A stretch of 64,000 nt of DNA, taken from positions 1-64,000 of the forward strand of contig NMRA01000778.1 of assembly GCA_002633005.1 (NCBI GenBank). The letters are read 5' to 3'. The position numbers and the translations under genes were made by a program. A model generated the notes under the pieces. It saw only the letters and a program-made list of their open reading frames with translations, had not been told where the DNA came from and did no database searches. This DNA comes from Phoronis australis. Lineage: Eukaryota > Animalia > Phoronida. Of this stretch, positions 29,001 to 37,925 are shown piece by piece; the stretch's first letter is position 1; each line of letters opens with the position of its first letter.

Positions 29001-32000
29001 AGAGGCTCTTTGCTGGAGAAAACAACACAGGGCGAATCACTACTGGTTCCAGGAATTGCGCGCTCTGGGGTACGTTCGGAGGCACGGGTGACAGTACAGT
29101 AGATGAAGTGCCTCCACTGGCTCCAGTCACTGTACTGGCCACAGCTCGCGAGGGTTCTCGCTTCAAAAACGCACTTCTCGGGGGTGGCGACGGGGCACTG
29201 CCGGGAATCAACACAGACGGAATGGCATCCTTCTTCAGGCGTTGTTTCGCGGGGACCTTCATCAGTTCAGCGTACAAATCCCTTTCGTAATCGGACGGCA
29301 GAAAGTGCTTGCCACACACGTACGGTAATTCTCCACTGCTTTGCACGTTGCGTGGACGGGTAACGCTGCGTTCTTCACACGAACGAGCCAAGTACGGCGA
29401 AGTGTATCATCCATCGGAAAGCAATGCAAAGGTACTCCCAAAGCGCGCTTGAGCCGATAATTAGTACATCCTGGTACGCAGCAACAGTGTGGCATGTTGA
29501 CTGACTAGTAAATGAAAGCAAATGACGACGGAACTTAACACAACCGAGGTAGAACAATGACTGACTCGGCAGCTCTTACAGTCAGACTATATGAAAAGAA
29601 ATTGGCGCGAAATGCTTGCCTCCTAAAACGTCTCTTCCGGAGTAGCGGACGAGTAATTAATGAAATTACGAAAAGCTGTACTTAAGTGGAAAATATGTCT
29701 AGGATAACCAACCAACCTTATTTTAGCTCAAAATGACATGGAAAAAGGTTGCCTTCGCCTTTAATATCTACAAAGAGAAATACATGGTTTTGCTTTGTTG
29801 AGAACTTTGGGCAAAATGCTCCTCGTTCCTGTTCACAAATATATTTAGTCTTCAGGACGTCTGAGAGTCTTTACACAATTGCTCTAGATGTGATCAACCA
29901 ATAATCAATTGGTGACATCATCAACGGTTAGCAATACTTGTTCCAGAAACGTGCTCTTTCGCTGACATGGATAAATTTGTGGGGGAGGCGGTGATAATGT
30001 CTGAGTTTAAACACCGCAATGTCCTGGGCATTATCGGCGTGTGCCTAGACCCTGCAACTACCGTACCCATGTTGATAATGCCGTTCATGAAACATGGAGA
30101 TCTGCACACCTATTTAAGAAGCTTCCGCTATGAAAAGCATCTGCAAGACCAGGTAATTAAACCAACGTTAAACCTCACTGTCTCACTAAAAGTACTGTAG
30201 CCTAACACTCAAGTCCATTTCACACTATAAAGATTTCAATAACCTTGCATTTGGGGTGTTTTAAAACTGTTTATGTATGCTACGCAATTTTTATGGTGCC
30301 TTTTCTTTCCAAAATCGTTCAGGTCAAAAACGCTGATAGTGCGGCCGCGCTGTCGTTTAATTAGGAACGACGGGGATTCTATTACCGTTTTGACTCGTAG
30401 TTGTACAAGTAGGCCAAGGTTTCTCATTAGGCAACTATATAAAATATTTACTGCCTTTTCAACAAATCTGTGATACCTTATACTTCTAGAAACCCAATGT
30501 TGTCGATCTGGTGGTATTTGGCTTACAAGTAGCCAGAGGAATGGAATATCTCGGTAGGATGAAGTTTGTTCACCGTGATTTGGCCGCGAGGAACTGTATG
30601 TAAGTTGAAGGAGTATCGATCGGGGATGGCACTTGGGGGTCCAGTGGTGGCGCCATTGTGTGTGACATTTAAAATGTAGGCAGCGAAACGGTTCTAGCTC
30701 TATGTCAAGCGCAGTCAGGTACTTTACATCTGTTACAGTTCAACACATGCATTCTGTCATCCCAAGGCACCCTTAATCCACTTGAAGCGAGAAATCTTCA
30801 CTTATGGAACGGAAACGGTGTATTCTGTTCCCTAGTTGAACATTCCAACCTTACCTAATTTTCAGGGACGTCCATTTTGATAAGATACACGAGTAAGATC
30901 TCTGGCAAGGCTTCGCGAAACACTTGCCTTTCCCTCGCGTGACTGTATGATCTCACATAATTTTGCTTTTTCTCTAGTCAGTCTCACGTCTCCGCGACCC
31001 TGATTTGCTTCAGCCATGCTGTAGTATTCAATGAACCTCAGTTTCCAGCATTTTTTTCATCATCTCAGGTTGGCCTGGCACTTTCCGTGCGGATTATTGT
31101 ACCTGGCATCCGCGACACACAATAATTGAGGACTACCTCATTTGAACAAGTCGTCGCACGGTATTTCTGTCCTCTCTCTGGCGTTATCGTTGCCCTCCCG
31201 AGAAAGATTTCGCTGGTCGCATATCAAGTTCTTGTCATGAAAATTTCAAGCTATCAGCAAATCGTGAACAGGATGCGTGAGAAAATTACAATCAATTTGA
31301 CGTGCAAGCTCCACTCCTAAGCACTCAATGGCCACTCCTTTGTGTTTACTATACCATGACTGGCGCCTCATAAGCGACATGCTGCCGCATTAACGACTCA
31401 ATACGTGTTTGAGAGCCAGGAACTGCGCCCGCTTTTCAAACAGTTGATCTCACACACAGATACAAACATACGTAAGATGGCATTTCACTTGGTTACAGGG
31501 TGGGTGAAGATTTGACAGTCAAGGTTGCCGACTTTGGGCTGACACGGGATGTCTACTGCCAGAATTACTACCGTCAAGACCGCAGAGCGCTACTTCCGGT
31601 GAAGTGGATGGCACTGGAGAGTCTCATAGATAGAGTGTACACAACAAAATCAGACGTGGTATGTTGCTCTTTTGTGTTTTGAGATTAAATCTGAACTGCA
31701 TTCCGTAGAGAGAATAGCTTGTGAGACTGAACGCAAGATCACGCAAACTTAAGAACGTGAAAAGCTTGTGTTAGTTCAGCGAGTAAACTCGGGATCTTCG
31801 TCGTACTAGGTGCGCATGAGTGGCAAAAATGCTGCTAGGCTGAGTTTCATTGTCTAAAATGCTACCAAAAATGCGTGTACTGTATCCAGACAGAGGAATT
31901 GACTGCAAAGGAGTAAGTTTTCGCCAGCAGTTATTTGGTTTCTTTACCAACGAGTCGCTTTTAAGCAGATACAGTATATGTCAACACAGTACTTCACCCT

Positions 32001-34702
32001 CTGCCATAGATGGATAAATGCTGTGACAATAAAACAAATGCCTTTTACAGCTGTGCATGTGTGTCCTTTGAATTACGAGTTCTGGTTACGAAAGTGCTAG
32101 CGAAAACGCCTGTAGATGACGTAATTCAAACATCCAACAAACGCCAGCAGAAGGTGACCCTTGTAACCGTTCACATTATTGGGGTTTTTCCTGCTACGGA
32201 AAACGTTAGCGTTTTAGCCATCACGTGAATCCATTTTAAGGTTTAATGGACTTTGTTCATACTACAACGGCATGTCAGTTGTTTTCAAGCCTAGGAACAT
32301 TTTCTGAAGCGGGTGAGACCGATTTTTAGAAAACTAGGCAACCAATAATTATGGCAAATTTGTTTTAGTAATACGCGAGTGGCTATCATCCTACTTTTCG
32401 TAAGCCCACCTTATGCGACTGACAGGTCAGTTGACTTGTGTAGAGTGCATCTAATTAGCATCAGAGTATTTTAGCCAAGAATACTCCCGATACCAGTTCA
32501 GTAACGTTAGGACCTCGCTAAAAAGCAAGACTTCGCGAGATTACGTGACATGTTGCCGTGTATTTAAAAAGAGAACACGTGACTTTGGCTAGATTTTAGC
32601 TAGGTCCTGACGTAGGTCCTAGTGCTACTGAACGCACGCCAGCCGCATTTCTCTTTTTCCAGTCATTCAGAGAGTTGTTGAATAAACCTCTTAAGGTTTT
32701 GTAACCCTTAGAAAAATGCTTAACATAGGTTAACGTATAGCGGAAATGGCTCATGGGATTCAAACGAAATTCTCAGACACTATACTGTTTCACTGTTCTC
32801 CAAAACGCTATTAGGGATTGATCTTGAAATGTCCCACTTTTGCATGAGGGACTATTATTTTCATGAAAAAAAAAAAAAAACCGCACACAACACTAACGAA
32901 ATGATAATTTAGAAAACTGTGACATGATTTTTGGGATTCCGTCTTGAATATTTTACATCAAATGCAATTTGGAAATTAAATTAATTTTAGTCCCAATGTA
33001 CCTTTCTTTTTTGCTATATTTTACTAAAAAGACAGGGTCACGTGACCCAATCCCTGAGATTTTGGTAACACTGAAGTGAAAATCAAATTCTACAAACTCT
33101 CTATTTTCAGAAAATATGTAGTTTTACTTTTGTAGACTGTCATTGTCTCTAAGGTCCTACACGCATAGCTTAATCGTTGCAAAGGGAATATTTCAACATG
33201 CAATACCCTCCATAGCCCATCTTTTTAAATTCAAAATAATTGAAAACACCTGCATTTCTTTTCGTTTTCCGCTGATACGGTTCGTGAAATGAGCTTCTTT
33301 GTTCCTAGTGGTCATACGGTGTGACACTGTGGGAGATCATCACGCTAGCCATGACACCTTACCCCCTCTTAGGCAATTCGGATGTCCTTGCGCAAGTTAA
33401 AAGTGGTGCAAGACCAGAGAAACCGGAAGACTGCCCTGATCAAATGTAAGTACTTCTGCTGCCTGAGAGTCGTGGAAGCTATCAGAAAGCACGTCGACTT
33501 TCCGCTCTTTTTGTTAAAGCGAGACAGTACGCTCTTTCGGAGGCACAACATCAGCATATTCAAACTAAAATAAAACTAGGTTTTAGACGATTCAGCACAT
33601 CAAAATACTTAGGCGGCGCACCATAGGGGGCTGCGGGGCTATAGCCTCCCACTTTTTTCAGTGCTATGAAGAACATAGTCTATAGGCGATGCACCACAGG
33701 GGGTTGAGGGGCTTTAGCCCGCACTTTTTTTCAGTGCTACGCCGCCAATGAAATATCACAAATGAGCTCCATTCGGAGCATAACAATATTGCAGAAATTC
33801 ATTTTGAGTTTGAAGTATTTCTTCCAACGCTAAACACAAAATTAAAACGAAGCAAGAATTGTGACCAACATGATAGACGGCTCGCTAGTTGTGAGCCAGG
33901 AATGTACAGGCACGTTATCCTATAGTTTTAAACAACTACGCTTTTGAAAACCATTGTTTTAGTTTCTGCTTTAGGTGGAGCCCTTTGCTTTTTTGTGGAA
34001 TATGACGAAAACAGTCAATCAGAAAGATGCCGTCAGCGTGCCCTGACTCTTACGTGGACATTTTCCTGTGAAAATTGTAGATGGTTCTTCCTCTTACGAC
34101 ATCCTAGATCAGCTCAGTGTTAGTATTCATTACTATCAACACTTCTATTGCCGGTGTCCTCCCTCACCTACTGCTTGCGTTCATCATTAAAATCACCACC
34201 ATCACCACCACCACCATTATTACTATTATAAAAATCACCAACCTGGACATCATTTTCACCCTCCCCGCAATTACCAGCACCATCAACGCCGCCTTTATTA
34301 CATCACCAATATCAACCCCCACTTTCGCTGCACCTAAAGTCGTATCTTCCGACATCTGTGACATAAGTTTCAGCTCATCACCAAGCTCGTCTGTATCTAA
34401 AAATCTTGTTATTTCACAGATACGATACCATGGAATCGTGTTGGTGTGAGACTGCCGAGCACCGACCGGACTTCGTCGACATCGTGGATCAACTCGAAAA
34501 ATTTTTGGCTGAAGAGTGTAATTATTTGGATTTCAACCAAAATGTTGAGAGCAACATCTTCAGTGAGGAACGAAGCTCATATTGCCAAGAGCCGACGGCA
34601 GAGACCTCTGGAGTATCGAACACAATTAAGCATATTTTCGTTTCGTCACAGCCAGTACCAGGACGATCTTTCTCGCCACTCATAGTCACAGCGCAGATAT
34701 GA
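19984..34702 (+). CDS. Spliced gene, 14 coding exons, 686 aa: receptor tyrosine kinase with ApeC (apextrin C-terminal)-like ectodomain and MET/RON/TAM-like kinase domain
   Basis: join(19984-20062,20907-20981,21770-21988,22769-22950,23789-23957,25533-25598,25889-26071,26709-26816,27490-27573,29947-30152,30490-30599,31499-31658,33309-33445,34420-34702) = 2061 nt. All introns are GT..AG with compatible phases (1,1,1,0,1,1,1,1,1,0,2,0,2), and there is no internal stop. Confidence 0.88.
20546..20768. mobile_element. MITE in RTK intron 1
   Basis: Imperfect TIRs CTAGGTCCTGTTCTAAAAAACTGACTT and AAGTCAGTTTCTTGGAACGGTCCCCTAG. Confidence 0.6.
20907..20981 (+). CDS. RTK exon 2: start of ApeC ([25 protein letters not shown])
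   Basis: TTTTTCGGCAG acceptor and G|GTAAGC donor. FPxGxFxL...CP matches the ApeC start WPxGxYxL...GCP. Not in the ORF track. Confidence 0.85.
21770..21988 (+). CDS. RTK exon 3: ApeC (..[24 protein letters not shown]..)
   Basis: TTTCCAG acceptor and G|GTAATG donor. Contains the ApeC hallmark FC...WPxGxYC....CPxxF. Confidence 0.9.
22304..22639. mobile_element. PIF/Harbinger-like MITE, copy A (RTK intron 3)
   Basis: Ends CCCTTTACACTAC and ATGTCTAAACGGAAC, with internal GTGTGTAAAC sub-repeats. Clearly homologous to 55928-56358. Confidence 0.65.
22769..22950 (+). CDS. RTK exon 4: ApeC (..[22 protein letters not shown])
   Basis: Long polypyrimidine acceptor and GTAAGA donor. Contains the ApeC hallmark YCCRxD...PFYL...C. 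Confidence 0.92.
23789..23957 (+). CDS. RTK exon 5: end of ApeC ([22 protein letters not shown])
   Basis: TCTTTAG acceptor and G|GTAAGA donor. VxG start and terminal [FY]CxY of ApeC. Not in the + strand ORF track. Confidence 0.88.
25533..25598 (+). CDS. RTK exon 6: extracellular stalk ([22 protein letters not shown])
   Basis: TGCAG acceptor and CCAG|GTAATG donor. Symmetric phase 1-1, so it could be skipped in frame. Confidence 0.65.
25889..26071 (+). CDS. RTK exon 7: transmembrane helix and basic stop-transfer ([29 protein letters not shown])
   Basis: ACAG acceptor and G|GTTGGT donor. About 23 hydrophobic residues followed by RWFRKR. Confidence 0.9.
26709..26816 (+). CDS. RTK exon 8: juxtamembrane to kinase start (..IKILNKIGH)
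   Basis: AAG acceptor after a T-rich tract and G|GTATGG donor. Supplies IGH-G of the Gly loop. Confidence 0.85.
27490..27573 (+). CDS. RTK exon 9: kinase subdomains I-II ([16 protein letters not shown])
   Basis: TTTTAG acceptor and AAAG|GTACAT donor. GxGxFG and the VAVK catalytic Lys. Confidence 0.95.
28610..28915 (+). pseudogene. Truncated KolX / P2X7 cytoplasmic-ballast-like Cys-rich ORF of the Kolobok element
   Basis: GYMFEPEY...[24 protein letters not shown] matches the YxFEP...WCxCxxCxxM...ExxCCxE pattern. Truncated after the Cys cluster. Confidence 0.75.
28999..29495 (-). pseudogene. THAP zinc-finger N-terminus of the Kolobok transposase, frame-shifted and truncated
   Basis: [19 protein letters not shown] (ORF 29262-29495) joins [15 protein letters not shown] (ORF 28999-29391) across a 2-nt frameshift near 29320. 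No DDE domain remains. Confidence 0.9.
29947..30152 (+). CDS. RTK exon 10: kinase subdomains III-V ([29 protein letters not shown])
   Basis: TTCCAG acceptor and CAG|GTAATT donor. Contains the alphaC Glu and the hinge. Confidence 0.96.
30490..30599 (+). CDS. RTK exon 11: catalytic loop ([20 protein letters not shown])
   Basis: TTCTAG acceptor and GTAAGT donor. Tyr-kinase signature HRDLAARN. Confidence 0.97.
31499..31658 (+). CDS. RTK exon 12: activation segment ([34 protein letters not shown])
   Basis: ACAG acceptor and GTATGT donor. DFG, YxxxYY and [10 protein letters not shown] motifs. Confidence 0.97.
33309..33445 (+). CDS. RTK exon 13: kinase IX-X ([23 protein letters not shown])
   Basis: CCTAG acceptor and GTAAGT donor. 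This frame is not in the ORF track. Confidence 0.96.
33611..33750. repeat. ~72-bp tandem duplication of a GC-rich MITE end in RTK intron 13
   Basis: AGGCG..GCACCA.AGGGGG.TG.GGGGCT.TAGCC..CACTTTTTTCAGTGCTA occurs twice. Confidence 0.65.
34420..34702 (+). CDS. RTK exon 14: kinase XI and C-tail ([17 protein letters not shown]..)
   Basis: TTTCACAG acceptor, CW....RPxF motif, TGA at 34700-34702. Candidate AATAAA signals at ~35374 and ~35434. Confidence 0.93.
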
Positions 34703-35170
34703 AGAGGCAGTTGCAAAAGAAACGTCCACCGATAGCAAAATCATCTTGATGGAGACGATATAGACTCGAAAGACTGACATATGGACATAAGGACAGTGTA
34801 CCGGTATAAAGAATACTCAGGTTTTGGTGTTTTACGTCATAATATTCTGTAATAGGACGAGGTCTGGCTTCAGAATAACCGGTATTTTAAGAGAGTCCGG
34901 ATTGATTTCTTAATAACTCATCAGACAGCTAAGACTGGTATTGAGACAGGGCAATTATACTGTTACCCCTTCTGCGATTGACCCTCTAATTATAAATTCG
35001 CTACACGTTCTGATGTTAAAAACATTAGTTTCCATCACAGGCACATTTACTCCTCCAAGGGAACGTCACCGTGTTTTCAATCCTCTTGTTTCGATAGAAA
35101 TGGATTATAATGAGTGGCATGGGATTCCATGGACGACCATACGGCAATGGCAACTTAAACCTTTCCCCTG

Positions 35171-35280
35171 CGACGATGACCTTAATGGGCGTGGTCTGTA
35201 CCTACCGGCCACGACGAGGACATTACTAGGCGTGGTCTGAACCTACCCGCCGCGACGAGGGCCTTAAGAGACGTGGTCTG
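35171..35280. repeat. 41-bp minisatellite, ~2.7 copies, in the probable RTK 3' UTR
   Basis: Unit CGACGA.G.C.TTA...GGCGTGGTCTG.ACCTACC.GCC. Confidence 0.75.
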
Positions 35281-36230
35281 AGAAATAACGAAATGTCAGC
35301 CAGTTCTTTTCATGACTAGAAAACCTTCCTTATCTTTGTCCAGAACAAAATGAGAACAATGTTAAGCGATTGTAATAAAAAAATTCTTGGCACAAGTCGT
35401 GGGTTAGTGCGACTACGAACATCATGTCGAAAAAATAAAACGTTACGATATATTTAAAGTTAATCTTCTTCATCACCCTGAATTTGATGTAAATAAATCT
35501 GTTGATACTCGTTTCAATACATCATCATTTACATGGAAACCCAAAATATGTATTTAAGTGGGGTTAAATAGTTAACCATCGGAAGACTGGTGGCGTACTC
35601 TGTAGATGAAATATCTTGACAGTTGAAGGAGAACGCCACCCCAAAAGCAACTTAGTTTGTATCAATTTAGATCAAGTAGTTCCACTCGATAGCAGCAAGT
35701 ACAGCTCTTTTACCTGACGGCAGATGGAGGTGCTGAAATTAACCAATGACGTCAGTGGTTGGAATGCAATCTGTTCAGCAGTTCACAACACACTTACCTT
35801 TGTCAGCTTATCGCTTGAATTCATCATTGTACACTCTTACAAATACATCAAGTTATTGAACAGACGTGTTATTTTATTTCACTGTTACGGACTTTTAGGT
35901 ATTTGAACGTACCGTATTCTACAAAGTTCGGTAGGCCAAGGTCGGTCGCGGGAGTTTGGGTTTAAACTTAGTTTATTGCATGTAAAGCCTACCGTGTTTT
36001 TTTCATTGTTGGCTTCTCAAAACATTTCCAATCATGAACACTCCAAGGCATTGCAAATTGTATCTAATGAGACAGACTTTGTTTGTGTTTCATGTAAGCA
36101 TTGGTTAGGGTGAGAACAAGTCATTTTGAGAAATCGGCAAGTTTTGCTCTTCAGTAGTGAAAATTTAGAAATTCTCCAAAAAATCGATATCATTCACATT
36201 TCAGTTCTACAAATACACAGATCCACCCCN

Positions 36231-36928
36231 CAGGGTGACCACAATCATTGTTGCAACGGACGGCTCACTAAGAGATGACACTACGGCTTGGGCAGCAGTT
36301 GCTTGGACTCGCGATGGTCAACGCCTCTTCGAATGGTCAACAGCACGGGTTGGAAAATCCTCGTCTTTTAGAGATGAATGTGAAGCACTTGAGGACGCCC
36401 TTGTCTGGCTCTCACAGAACACAACACCTGCAAACAGATCATTTCTATTTAAAGACTCCCTCAGCCTCCTTAGCAGGCTAAAAACTGGTCATGTGAAAGA
36501 TTCTTGGATCCCTATGTTCAGCTCTATTAATGGTCTCTTCACCAGTGTTTACATACCGGGACACTGTGGCATCTCATTCAACGTCAAGGCGGATGAGCTT
36601 GCAGGCATCGCAGAACCAATTGCCGACCTGCTCCTCACACCAGCAGATGTAATCTCCAGAGTGCGTGAATCGCTTACAGATGCCGAGATTGTACAACAGC
36701 AGGAGAGATGGGCAACAAAGCGCCTCATAGCGCGAAGATGGCAATACGGAGATGCAGCAAAAACTCGTATCAGGGGAAAAGATGGAAGAGTGTGTAACCA
36801 CCACAAACTTGGTTGCATCTCCAAATTTGCATTGCGTGCGATACTGGAAGGAGGAGGGCCAGAGACCATCCCGGTGCCTACCCTCTGACGTCACCACAGA
36901 AACAGAAACAGAAACAGAAACAGAAAGC
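36231..36928 (+). mobile_element. 3' end of a non-LTR retrotransposon with C-terminal RNase H and (ACAGAA)n tail
   Basis: ORF 36235-36888 has TDGS, ECEAL, KDSLS and IPGHCGISFNVKADELA (RNase HI D-E-D-D). The stop is followed ~10 nt later by five ACAGAA units. Begins at an assembly N (36230). Confidence 0.8.
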
Positions 36929-36930
36929 AC

Positions 36931-37340
36931 GATGATAAACGTCCATGCGGCAACTCGCAATCCCGACTTATACGAGTGCTCATCCGACGAAGACTTCACA
37001 GGTCGATCGTTAGGTTTCACAGGCTATCAATTCGAACCGGAATACACTGATCAAGAAACAGAGAAGCTCCGTGAATGTGCATAGACAGAATCGTTTGAAT
37101 GAGTTGCCATGGTGTCAGTGAGATAACTGCACGATAATGGAAATGACTGACGCTTGCGTTTGCTGCTACAAAATTCCGCAATGAAACGCCTTCTTGGAGA
37201 AGCGCAGCTGTGCCTCACGGACCATCCTGATTTTGCACCGCATGTAAACCGAGATGCTTTCGACATTTATTAGGGCTGAGAAAAAGAACTGGCTAAAACA
37301 TCCGGCTACACCATGAGGAGCAAACAGAAGCCTCACGAAC
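36931..37340 (+). pseudogene. Decayed KolX / P2X7-ballast-like ORF, copy 1
   Basis: SSDEDF..GYQFEPEY, then frame-shifted WCQ*DNCTIM..ACVCCYKIP and CLTDHPDF. Confidence 0.72.
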
Positions 37341-37569
37341 ATGTCAATGCCGGCTTTCCAAACAGCTCATGCCAGGGCAGAAAAAGAGACTGAGTAAGAA
37401 GTCAGATGTTGTGCCTAGTGTGTTTGGTTCGCTAGGCAGGAGACAAAACAACGCGGATCGGTTGTTGCTCAGTTTTAATTATGCAGAATTGTACCTGGCC
37501 ATGGAAACATAAACAATTACAATTAATTCAAGGCATTAGAACATAACGTTTTATATAACCTTTTTGATG

Positions 37570-37925
37570 ACTTACTCGTTCGTCGGGCTACTGTTTGGAC
37601 CTCTGGGTGTAGGATGTTTTCGCCAATTGTTTTTCCCAGTCCCAAAAACGTCGTAAGCAGACTTCTTAGATACGGCGCAAAATCAGGATTGTCCGTGAGA
37701 CACATCTACGCTTCTCCAAGATGGCGTTTCACTTGCGGAATTTCGTAGCAGCAAACGCAAGCGCCAGTTGTTTCCATTATCGTGCATTTAGCACACTGAC
37801 ACCATGACAAATCATTCAAACGGTTTTCGGAACAATCCAGATGTTCCTTACTGTTGTCTGTGCACGGTCACGGCGCCTCTTTTGTGTTTCTTGATTAGTG
37901 AATTCGGATTCGAACTGATAGCTTG
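37570..37925 (-). pseudogene. Decayed KolX / P2X7-ballast-like ORF, copy 2 (inverted)
   Basis: The minus strand reads YQFESEF..RLNDLSWCQCAKCTIMETTGACVCCYEIPQ..CLTDNPDF and ends at a GTAAGT donor. It is a nucleotide-level inverted paralogue of ~37025-37340. Confidence 0.75.

Larger units (their letters stand above)
28276..29760. mobile_element. Kolobok-type DNA transposon, internally deleted, in RTK intron 9
   Basis: TTAA on both sides (28272-28275, 29761-29764). TIRs of ~160 bp (A[T/G]GCGAAGGCAACCTTTTTCCATGTCATTTTGAGC...). Two convergent ORF remnants, THAP and KolX-like. Confidence 0.85.

Noticed and set aside
19984-34702. Naming the kinase MET/HGFR, RON or AXL
   Set aside because: The kinase is similar, but there are no Sema/PSI/IPT or Ig/FN3 domains and no MET docking motif, so orthology is not supported.
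35171-35280. Regularly spaced repeats resembling a CRISPR array (also 47128-47215)
   Set aside because: Head-to-tail minisatellites without unique spacers, in eukaryotic DNA with no cas genes.
36752-37084. 110-aa ORF with TETETETE apparently fusing RNase H region and KolX
   Set aside because: Chance frame across the retrotransposon (ACAGAA)n tail; not a real fusion gene.
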